64,000 nt of DNA from positions 165,453 through 229,452 of the forward strand of contig RHPI01002368.1 in assembly GCA_009103225.1 (NCBI GenBank), given 5' to 3'. The translations under genes were made by a program, and so were the position numbers. The notes under the pieces were generated by a model. That model was not told the origin of the DNA. It did not search any database and was given only the letters and a program-made list of their open reading frames with translations. Source of the stretch: Chlorokybus atmophyticus (Eukaryota; Plantae; Mesostigma and Chlorokybus algae). Of this stretch, positions 16,544 through 26,618 are shown piece by piece; the first letter of the stretch is position 1; every line of letters starts with the position of its first letter.

Positions 16544-16949
16544 ATAATTGGGTTTGTGAGTTGGTTGGTTGGTTTTGTTTTGCTTCATGCTCGCTTCAGC
16601 CTCCTTTCCCGTTGTTTCTTTCACAATTGCGGCAGTAGTCGCATCTGGAGTATATCTATATCAATTGTTGCTTTTCATGATGGTGTGGTGGCGTGCAGCA
16701 ATGTGCATTGGCATGAGGGTGTGTGTGGATGCAGGCGCGTCTGGTTGTCGACATGATGCTGTTTGCGACACCCTTGCAAAACAAATCAATTCACGAGGCA
16801 TGCGTTGTGCTGGTTGTTATTGTGGTTGTTGCTCTCAGAGTTGGCTATGGTCGATCTATTGGCCAGGGTGCTGAGGGTTTGAGAGGATGGGTGGGTGACT
16901 AATGTTTGCATACACGCACACAATGTGGGTGTATGAGGAGACAACAAGT

Positions 16950-17120
16950 GCAGCTCTATGGTACGTGAGCATTTCTCTGATGATCAACATGTTGCTTTGT
17001 GTGCAACCTGGTGTCATATATTTATAGCACGAACTCGCCATACGCATTGACTACTTGGTCGGAATCTCCCTCTCTATGTTGTAAGGTTCTGCGCGTTGAG
17101 TGCATATCTGCTATAACTCA
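16950..17120 (-). mobile_element. Possible decayed LINE APE-endonuclease fragment
   Basis: The minus strand reads VIADMHSTR...GDSDQVVNAYGEFVL*, then after a frameshift CTQSNMLII. This resembles the GDFNxR / DxxxNxxGxxL / CxxxxLxIxNG series of LINE endonucleases, with stops and a frameshift. Confidence 0.25.
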
Positions 17121-18219
17121 TGATGTTCCTCTTGTTTGGGCATTGGCAATCCACTCTCATGTTGCCTTCGTGCCTGCCCATGCTAGCGTACATGCGCGCG
17201 TGGTGCAACCGCCTTTATTCACATTGTTATGCTTGTAATCACAAGCGGTGCCGTCGTTGCCAACCAACTTTTGAAGGCACAAAGTTGATGATATCAATGA
17301 CATCACATACTGCTATCTTGAGCTCGTTGATTCAACAAGCAGCGTTCTGCACAAGCAAGGCTTGCTTGTGCATAGAAGAGTGCATTGATGCAACACATGC
17401 GATGGCTGTGTGGCAGGTAACAGTGACTGCACATGCATTCTTGCAGCATCCACAGGGTGAGGTAGTGATAGAGTTAGTGAGTAAGTTATTGTGCCCGGTG
17501 GTGGCGGCTATCTGCATGAGGTATGTATTCGCAGCAAGTGCTCGTGCATACTCATGGACATGTGCGAAGCATCCATTGCATGCTGTACTGGCGGCTGCTG
17601 CCGGACAGTTGCAGTTGCACACGTGTGCGTGTATTCGCGTGTGCAGTTGTGGTACTTTGTGCAGTATTGCAGTTGTGGTAGGCATGGAGCAAAGTATATA
17701 GCTGTACTTGAACTCTTGCCGTTCTAGTAATGAGAGAGATTGCATGTGTATAATATGCGTGCAAGCGTGTATGTGTATAGCACACTCAGTTTTGGGTCAC
17801 ATGTATGCACGCACACGCGTGCGTACGACCTTGCCCTCTTGCGTACATTGCAAGATTTGAGTACGCACGTTCATACACAATCCATTTTCCCTTACAGCAA
17901 CATTGCATGATTGGGGCAGGCGTGACATCAAGTCATTCAAAGCACATTGCTTCATCAATGTCTACAAAGCAACCGTCCATTTGCAATCTCAGTTGCATAC
18001 ATGCATGGCGTCTTGCTTGCTTCATGTCCCTCATACATGAGAGCATGACCTCAAGCACTCTTAGCTTGAGCCTCACCGAGCTGCATGCTCATGCTTAGCG
18101 ATTCCCGCAAGGTCGAACCAACATCACACAATGCGGTCACCCAACAGATGCACTCGCGAGCACACGCCTGCATACATGTAGCAAATGCAGCAGTGCAGCG
18201 TATGCACACAACTAACACA

Positions 18220-18810
18220 GAAGTCAGCTTATAGCACAGCCCACATCTAGCATGCAAGTGTGCGTGCAGCTGAAAACACCACTCGGTGCAGTCACCATGA
18301 CAAGATGCTCTCATGCGCACACACGTGTAGCAAGTGCAGCAACAGGCAGCAAATGCCTATGCACTTGACCACGACAGATATCAGCGTGCCAAACAACCCA
18401 TAACTAGCATGGAAGTGTGCGTGCAGCTTAGACATCACCATGCCAGATTTTTATCTGCTTACGCACGCACACACGCGGACATACGCTCATATGCGCAGCG
18501 AGTGCACCAGCAAGCAAGTGCATGTGCGAAGGCGTCACGTGTGCACGGTGCACAAGCAACAAATGCACACATATAGAGCATGAATCATTATCAGAAACGG
18601 CTCATGCCATGCATGCAAATGTGCGTGCAGCTGACAGCACCATAACAGATGTATGTACGAGCATGCACACACTGTAGCACGTGTAATTAGAGCAGCAACA
18701 AGCGACAGTGTGTGCATGGCTATGCACATGCAGCAAATGCACACAATCAGTGCATAGATCAGCGTGCAAAATGGCCCACACCTAGCATGCAAGTGTCTGT
18801 TCAGCTGCAA
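18220..18810. repeat. Degenerate tandem repeat, about 4 units of roughly 155-205 bp
   Basis: Core (CT)AGCATG(C/G)AA(G/A)TGT(GC/CT)GT(G/T)CAGCT recurs at about 18247, 18404, 18608 and 18782. Confidence 0.6.
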
Positions 18811-19364
18811 CGATCAATTGCAGTGCACAATTAGCATGCAAACACTGCCATGCATCGCATGCAAGCAAAGAATGCAAGGCATGCATTGTTTAACAAGTGC
18901 ACAAGCTGATGGACAAGCATGCAAGACTTGGAAATCAAGCTCCGAGTCCAATGTAACGATACCACTACTTACTTGCTGGTCGGGGCTTGGCAGATATATG
19001 CATAAGCACTAAGGACTTATGGAAACAAGTCCCACCAATCCACCGGTGCAGCACCTCGCAGGTTAACTTGCAGCTCAACACCAAGGGAGGAGAGAATGAC
19101 CAACGGCCTCTCACCTCAGCTCCAGCTCCAGACACACACACACGCCCAACAGACACACGTGCACAAACACCCCACGTCACAAGGGATGAGGGGGGAGCCC
19201 CTTCAACAGATAACAACCAGGCATCCCTTGCACAAGTGGCCCTCTTGTAAGACAAACACGCACTGATGTCTTGATCCCAACTCACCAATCTCCCTTATCG
19301 ATAACAGCTCTCTCTCTTTGCGGTTGCGGTTGCGGTTGCGATTGCGATTGCGGTGTCATTTGGC

Positions 19365-19545
19365 TTTGGTAGGGTTGGCTGACTCTGCGACTGCTGTCTA
19401 CCTTGTTTACGATCCTTTTTAACCGCTCTATAAATAGATCAAGTTGATGTAGCGCAATATTGCAAAGAAGAGGGCTGCATATTCCTTTTTGAGAAATCCC
19501 TTTTTTCAAAACCTCACTACACCGCTCCGGGCTGACAACACCTTA
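19365..19545 (-). pseudogene. Organellar-type group II intron reverse transcriptase/maturase fragment (NUMT/NUPT-like)
   Basis: GVVSPERCSEVLKKGISQKGICSPLLCNIALHQLDLFIERLKRIVNKVDSSRRVSQPY matches RT domain 4 (GxPQGxxxSPLLxNIxLHxLD) plus the 4/5 insertion typical of mitochondrial-lineage group II ORFs. The segment is AT-rich and has no YADD downstream. Confidence 0.75.
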
Positions 19546-20045
19546 TTCATATAGCTGCTGCAGGTTGACAGCACTGCAGCAGATGAAATCGATTAGCTGC
19601 ACCGCCTACATGCATCGAAGCATGTAGGCAATGCAGTAACGCGCCTCTTGCAGGTCTTTACTTAGCTTTACTCTACATCTCATCAAACCACATTTATACC
19701 ACATGCTGCTCTCCCAACCTTAGACACAAGATTTAAAAGACCACTTAGGCCTTGTCACCATGCGCTGACCTTGTTCCAACATCAGAACCAACAAACTCCA
19801 CCTCAGGAGTATCAAACCACCTCGGATGACTGTACGAGAAACATTTCTACCATGGAATCACAAACTTGGGCTCCCCTAGTACACATGTAGTTGTGGATTG
19901 CCTACAGGCACCACTTGCCTTGCGAAAGTCACATTTGTGGCAAATTGCACTATCCTAGTACAGATCTTGTATTTTGTCAATTCGGCTCACTTTTTTGCAA
20001 AAGCCACTTTGTGTGACAGCTGACAATAAAATAACAAAGGCTCAT

Positions 20046-21605
20046 GCCATCGTCGCAAATTTTACACGGTGATTGATAAGGGACTGAGGGACTGACGGGT
20101 GCCTGACCCTACCTGGCGTAACGGATTGGTCCATAAAGGAACTTCTTAGGACGGCCGTTACTATTAAGCAACATATATCGACGGCAAGCGGTCGACCGAT
20201 AAGTACAATCGACGGCGGCCTGCCTGTGACGGCAACACCGCACTTTAAGGTGACGGCCGATTGTCGGTCGTCCCATTTGCGCGATGGCAACCTATTTGCA
20301 TAGCAGATAAGTCAAAATTTTAGTTATACAGTGACGGCCGACCGTCGGTCGAATTGTGACCGTTGAAAAGTATGCGCGACGGCCTGCCTACTTTGGCAAG
20401 CCAGTCGCTGTTGGTCCCTATCAGGTGACCTTACTGCGTTTATATAAGTGACGGCCGATCGCCGTCGTGCCATGCAGTGCACATAACGCGGCGGCGACCT
20501 ACTTATTGTGTGTGTCAAGTATGATAAGCAAGGGACCGACGTTCTAAAAAGGTCGGCAAGTCGGGACAGTGGTACCGGCCGGCAAGTTGAGACGCTGGTA
20601 CAATGCAGTCGCCGTACTAAGTCAGTGATACAGACAGTGCCATTGTCGCAATGGCACTATCGTATCATACTAATCGCGACAATGGTACTTTCGCACCATT
20701 ATAATAATACGATAATGCCGTTGCGAGTCACGTTTTAACAACGCGTTTGAATGACGTGGGCTGCCCAAGTCATTCAAACGCTCAACGGCTTCAAGTTGAA
20801 CAGAGCGTTGTGAGCGGCGGCGGCGGCGGCGGCGGCGGCGGCCAGTAGGTGAGCTAGGTTGCTGTCTGACGTTGTACTACGCGCGACTCCGCATGCCATC
20901 TAACAACCCTCCTTGCCTTAGGGCGGCCAGGCCAGGCCAGGCTAGGCCAGACCAGGCCAGGCTAGGGCGGATCAGGCCCGGCGGCGGCAGCGGCGGCGGC
21001 GGAGCTGGAGCGGGCGGTGCAGGAGCCGCAGCTCAGTACAAGGGTAGTACTTGCAGTCGTACCTAAGAAGGTAGTAGCAGTAGTAGTAGTGGTAGCAGTA
21101 GTGGTAGTCTAGTTGTACTAGCAGTAGTAGTAGTAGCTTGGTATATTACATTGTAATTTATTTATTTGTTTGATTTTTATTATTTGTCACGCATTCTTGC
21201 ACAGCTGATGACGACAATAACGTGTGACACCTAATCAAGACTGAGCGGTACCAGCAGGTAACTTTAAAGGTACACCTCATTAATTGTAGGTACCTTAAGA
21301 TACCTGACAATTTCGCTCAGTTAGCGTACAGTCGCCGGTACCTAACTAATAGGTACCGGTTGGTTACCTGTTGGTTAGGTCAAGTCCCCTTTGCTTAACT
21401 GTTGAGTACCTGACAGGTACCTATTAATTAGGGTCCGTCCCTTTATGCAGACGGCCGCTAACTAATGGTGACGGCCGTTATGCTCAGGTCCCTGTATCGA
21501 GATCGCCGGTAGACTGAAGGTCGACAGGCTAAATAAGTAATCTCAGGTGCACGGCCGTTGCCAATATCCAGTCGGCCGGCAGGGGAAACATTTTGCGACG
21601 ATAGC
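20046..21605. mobile_element. Non-autonomous TIR DNA transposon, about 1.56 kb
   Basis: Terminal inverted repeats GCCATCGTCGCAAA (20046-20059) and TTTGCGACGATAGC (21592-21605) match 13/14. There is a subterminal inverted pair (20074-20087 vs 21483-21498) and iterated GACGGCCG near both ends. The flanks are contiguous in the second retroelement copy (empty site at 32731-32761). Confidence 0.7.
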
Positions 21606-24600
21606 GTTGACCAGCTCTGTGCTGACCCCTCATCAATGCCTTGTATAGTTTATCATTACTTAACGCCCAGATAGGTTCAAGAGCATCGCATGAGAGCACA
21701 CGCCATAAGCATTTACACACGCTAATCAAATGGACAATCCCACTTAATCCCTTCTTACCAACATATGTAAGGAACAAAGAATGACTTCTGTCAGCCATAT
21801 AGGCGTGACATGCGGTGTCACATACGCAACGAGCAACAACACGAGGTCGATATGCCTCGCTTAATTATTTCAGAATTGCATTTAAAGTGCAATTTGCTGT
21901 GAGATCAAGTTCATTGTAAGAACAAGCATTATAAATTCCACAGCAAATTGTTGATTACACACATGGTCAAGTATATTTGGTGATTTACAGGCAATCTCCT
22001 CCCTCTCCCTTAGATGGGCACTTAAGCCACCCTTAAACTTAGCGGGGGGGCAATGTGCAATAAAGGGGGCACTGTGTTTGGGTGCATACGGTAGACATGT
22101 GTTGATACCAATATCATAAATGTGAGCAGTGCCCACGTAGTGAGTCATTGCTTCATTACATACAAGCACTACCCACGCATGACATCAATTAATGTGTGGC
22201 GCTTGCTGCTGCTGCTGCAATCATCAGCTGATGTTGGTGTGCGTGTGCATTATGTTTATGATGTAAGTTTTAGTACGTTTGGTTTATGAAGATATAAGCC
22301 CGTTATTGTGAATTGTAACCTTTGCACTTTGTGTGTCAATTAGGCTCCTCCTCCTCTATTCTGCTTTGCTTTTTACTGTAAACATGAACAACATGCGTCC
22401 CTTTTCAAATAATAATATCCTCTTTTATCGCAAGCAATGTACAATGTCAATCAGCGACGTAAAGTAGTTATCACTTACACTTACGAAAATATACAAGCAC
22501 ACATTTGGCACAATAGAGCAAGACGAAAGAAGATACAATAACGATCACAATCACCATCATTGCTGTTACCCACACTCAGCTGCACACCGTTGTGCATGTG
22601 CATGCCATGCATTATGCACCTCTCGCACTTGCTGTTATGATGTAATTTGTGCCGACGATGACAATTAATATTCCCCCGGTGACCACAAACTTGCATCAGT
22701 ACATGAACATTAATCAGCCAGCAGAACTGCTGCATGCGGGCATGGGACACGGCTCGTGTCAGGGGTCGTGACGCGGAAATCAAATAAAGAAATGAAGACA
22801 TGCAGAAATGCTTGCAACACAGCAGGCTTCGCGCAGTTCTTGATAAGAGCAAGCCGCTGCCGCTCAAGCGTAACCGGATGACGCTGAGAAGCAGCAGCCC
22901 CGGTCAAAAACAAACCGTCATTCTCGATTCCCCAGGGCAGCGTCGCTTATCACTGCGCCGGCACGGAAACGGCCCAATCGTTGCCAGCCCGGCAATCCCC
23001 CGCGCTTTTTCGGCGATGATCATATCGCCCGTGAGGGGTCGCCTCGCTCCCCCTCCGCGAATGAGGTCGGCGTGTTAAAGGCGACAAGAATATCGTCATG
23101 CATGCAATCCTCTCGCGCAGCCCGCCCAAGCAACTTGCACCAGTCGCGCCCGTTCGACTGCCTACTGTGATGATAACGTAGAGGCTTGGCTCTCTCAATT
23201 TGTTGTCAATCACCATTTAAATCACTTCAAAAACCTCCCCGCCAACCAAATGCCGGATAGACCCTAACCCTAACACCTGTACATCAACGGTCAGCCAACC
23301 GTCAGGATCTATCGCTCCTGAAACTGCATGCATTAAAAAGGTCACGAAAATCCAGCTTGCGCGCGCGCGGAACCGTCACACAGGCAAGCAGCTGAGGGGG
23401 GGGGGCTGTGAGTCACAGCCACCCAGCTGCCAGTCTTGTCCGGTACACTTCTACAGCGTGTGCTGGGATGAGCAGTTTGTGTCCCACGCGTGCCGGCGAT
23501 GTTTCGGTCGTGGTCCGGAGCGGGTCCAGCGCAGCTGCGTCACGGCCGGTGGGTACGCGCGCGCGTGCCACGCTGACACACCACACACATGAAAAGCAGA
23601 CTGACGTGGCGCCGCCACGAGCGATCGCAATTGTCAGCATAGGGCCACGCTCTCGAAGCGTCGTAACTGGAGGTGGCCGTCTCCAGCGCCTGCCACACCG
23701 TGACGAGGTCACGACCGTCGGCGTAACCTGCTCATAACTTGCCCGCAATCTCGTATGCGAGCAAAATCAGTTTGTCAGATGTCAGCCGCAAAAGCGAAAT
23801 ATTAATGGCGAGAATTGTCGCTGCTGCAGTGCTGACGACTGCTGTCAGACGGGGTTACACCATGAGACGTCTTCCGCGTTACGCCCCGATCGGGAGTGCC
23901 TCCGACCGGCTTGCGCCAATGCACACGCTACACGTGGCAAACGCGAGCGAATCAGCGCAGCGCAGCCGTAGTTGGCCATCCCAATCATTGGCTTGACCTG
24001 ATAGAGATTTGATTTATTAATCCACGCCCCCTCTGTGCAGCGGATGGTAAACACACTCGGAAAAAGGGCGCGAACGGCGTTACGGTTGGGTTACAGCGGC
24101 ATCATCGGCAAACTGGCAGAGCATGACTCATCATACAGGAATATCAAATAAAAGGGGCTCCATCATCATGCCATTTGTTTTTTAGCCTGCAACGCCGGCA
24201 ACTGTCCCTAAAAGAGGGCTGTTTTTTATTTAAGAGAGGAAAAGACACGCTTGCATTGACGGCTACCGTTAGCCTTGAACAGCTCCCTCTGCTTAGTGCT
24301 CAACAACTTCGTTAACTCCTGTACTGCGAGAGCGTCACCATTCAGATCAGCTGCCGTTTAATGGGCTGGGTTTCTGTGTTTGTTTCGGCAGTTGGCGCCT
24401 TATCATCTCGAATTAAAAATCGCGGGGAATATCTGGGATTATCTCGAGAGGAGCTGCCTTTTTAAATTTCCTTTATATAATCATGGAGGGTTACTCCTAA
24501 CCGAGCATAGCGCTACGCTTTAACCAACATTTGTATCTGCCCCGGCGCCAGTGACGTGGCCAAACAGTCCTCTATGCTTTATTGCAGCCTGCCGCCGCCG

Positions 24601-24826
24601 TCCCAGCAACTGCACAGTTGTTGTGCTCATTGCCGCCATTAATTGTGCTCGTAGTCGTAGCGCACAGTCCTCATCTGGGAGGTCATCCTTATCCTGCTTT
24701 TCCTCCACAGTGGCTCCGCCACCGACGGTAGTTCTCTTAGTAGGAGGAGCCCTGGTCCTTGTCCTGGCCGTTATCCTGGTTGTCCTCCTCGTCGCCCTCC
24801 TCCTCGGTCTCCTAGCAGGCGGCACC

Positions 24827-25753
24827 ATGGCCATCCCTATAGTCGGCCCCGCCTCCGCCACAGCAGCTGCAGTCACCCCAGACCACATCCAGCTGGTAAG
24901 CACATCAGAGAGGAAAGTTTAGGTCTGTGTGAGTGAGAAAAGCCGCAGTGATTGACAGACACAGTGGGTGAGAGGCAAAGTTAGAGTGGTGGTGGTGTGT
25001 GGTGGTGGGGGGGGGGNNNNNNNNNNNNNNNNNNNNNNNNNNNNNNNNNNNNNNNNNNNNNNNNNNNNNNNNNNNNNNNNNNNNNNNNNNNNNNNNNNNN
25101 NNNNNNNNNNNNNNNNNNNNNNNNNNNNNNNNNNNNNNNNNNNNNNNNNNGGGGGGGGGGGGGGGAGAGAGAGAGAGAGAGAAAGGAAGTGGGAGTCAGT
25201 CAGAGTGAGCGCGTGGGACTTGTTTGCCCAATTGAGAGTGACTATGCAGCAATGCTGGGGTGTTCAATTGAGCTGTTGTAGTTGTCGTGCGCATTCGTGT
25301 GTATGCGAGGTTGTACCTGCTTGTGCATATTCAGAGCCTTACATCAGTTTTCCTCTTCGGTTCAGGTGCAAAGACTTATAGAACGGTGTCTAGCAGCAAG
25401 CTTGATAGACAAGGACGAGTGTGCCTGGGCCCTCTACTCCCAGGCTGGCATCCCCCCTGCCCTCACTCGCATAGGTAACGTGTGTTTAACACTCAACAGA
25501 GTAAAGTGTGTCTATTGGAGGATTGGAGGCTGATTGGTGTTTTATACTTGCAGTTTGGGACCAGCTCGAAAGGCAAAATGAGGACTTTTTCCGGGAGTAC
25601 AATGCAAAGAGGCTGGCTCAGCAGCAGGAAGGGGTGGAGCCAACAACATACTCACCCACGTCGGCCTCGAGCACAGTCCGGCGCCGTTGCAGTCAAAGCG
25701 ACCTCCGCACGGCTCTAGACTCACTCTCTCAACTCTCCCTGTCGTGCGGTTGA
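24827..25753 (+). CDS. Plant-type uncharacterised protein of the A_thal_3526 (PF09713/TIGR01589) family
   Basis: Exons 24827-24895, 25366-25474 and 25554-25753 splice in phase to MAIPIVGPASATAAAVTPDHIQLVQRLIERCLAASLIDKDECAWALYSQAGIPPALTRIVWDQLERQNEDFFREY, which matches the family consensus VQxLIERC...AxIxPxxTxxVWxxLExxNxxFFxxY. A further exon from ~25887 is possible. Confidence 0.8.
25017..25150. other. Assembly gap (N run) in intron 1 of the A_thal_3526-family gene
   Basis: n run flanked by poly-G. Confidence 0.99.
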
Positions 25754-26618
25754 GAGGGGTTGTTCCCGCTTCCACCAACACTTGTTCCAAGTTGCGAAGG
25801 TGGGTTTGTGTTCCAGTTAGTGTCACAGTGTGTGCGTGTGTTGGTCAAAGAGTCTGTTCACTCACTGTCTGCTTGCTCTCTTTCAGGACTGAATGAGAAG
25901 GCTGCCTCTCCCCACAGCCTGCCTCACTTGCCGGAGAGGACACAACAAGTTCTGGCCAACACATACCCACATTGCCACGCACACCAACAGCACAGTCAGC
26001 ACTGCACCCAGTGCCTGCCCATTGAAGCAACAATCAAGGACGGAAGACAAAAGTCAGATATACAAACAAGAGTGAGAGTACTGCGGCAGCCATATTGGCG
26101 GCGTGCTCACCCACTCCTTGTGCCCTTCTCCCCCCTCCTCCACCTCCTGTCCCTCTTCCATGTACAGTGGGGAAGTGCCTCTCTTCTCCTCGCCCCTGCG
26201 CCTCGTCAAATACGTGGCGTCATCATTGTACAGTTTAGTTTAGGAATATTTGTGAACATGTGCTGAATGGACACATGCCAAGTGGGAGGGTTACATTACT
26301 GTGGGGGGTTTGAATACTGGCCTGGCACCCCGCCAAGGCCCATTTTATCAAAGATGTTGCTGGTTTTGCTGAAGATGCTGCTGCTTCCCTGCTTGCTTGC
26401 ACTCTTCAAGCTTGTAGTAAGCAACAATTGCAACGTTGTGGATATGTGTGTTGCCTTCATATAATGTTTATTGCGGATGTGCGTACTGTATGCTAAGTAA
26501 TTTGCTGCGGTCGTGCATACACTGCGTTGTCAACCCAATTATGATTACGTGACGATATCTCATGCTTTACAACACCAGTACGCCGGTAGTGGCAAATTCT
26601 AAACACTTCAAGTGTGCC

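Larger units (their letters stand above)
18952..22160 (-). mobile_element. Decayed Ty3/Gypsy-like retrotransposon 3' end (copy A), interrupted by two insertions
   Basis: Aligns by eye with 32200-33434 in inverted orientation, in blocks 18952-19247, ~19660-20045 and 21606-22160. Putative LTR 18952-19234 (TGTGCA...GTTACA on minus) follows a PPT-like AAGAGGGCC. The upstream minus frame NEAMTHYVGTAH...LPYA...HSAPF resembles an integrase C-terminus. Confidence 0.55.

Noticed and set aside
23262-23273. Telomere-like CCCTAA x2
   Set aside because: Only two units, which is expected by chance.
24520-24903. 127-aa minus-strand ORF
   Set aside because: Low-complexity, overlaps the start of the well-supported plus-strand gene, and has no recognisable domain.
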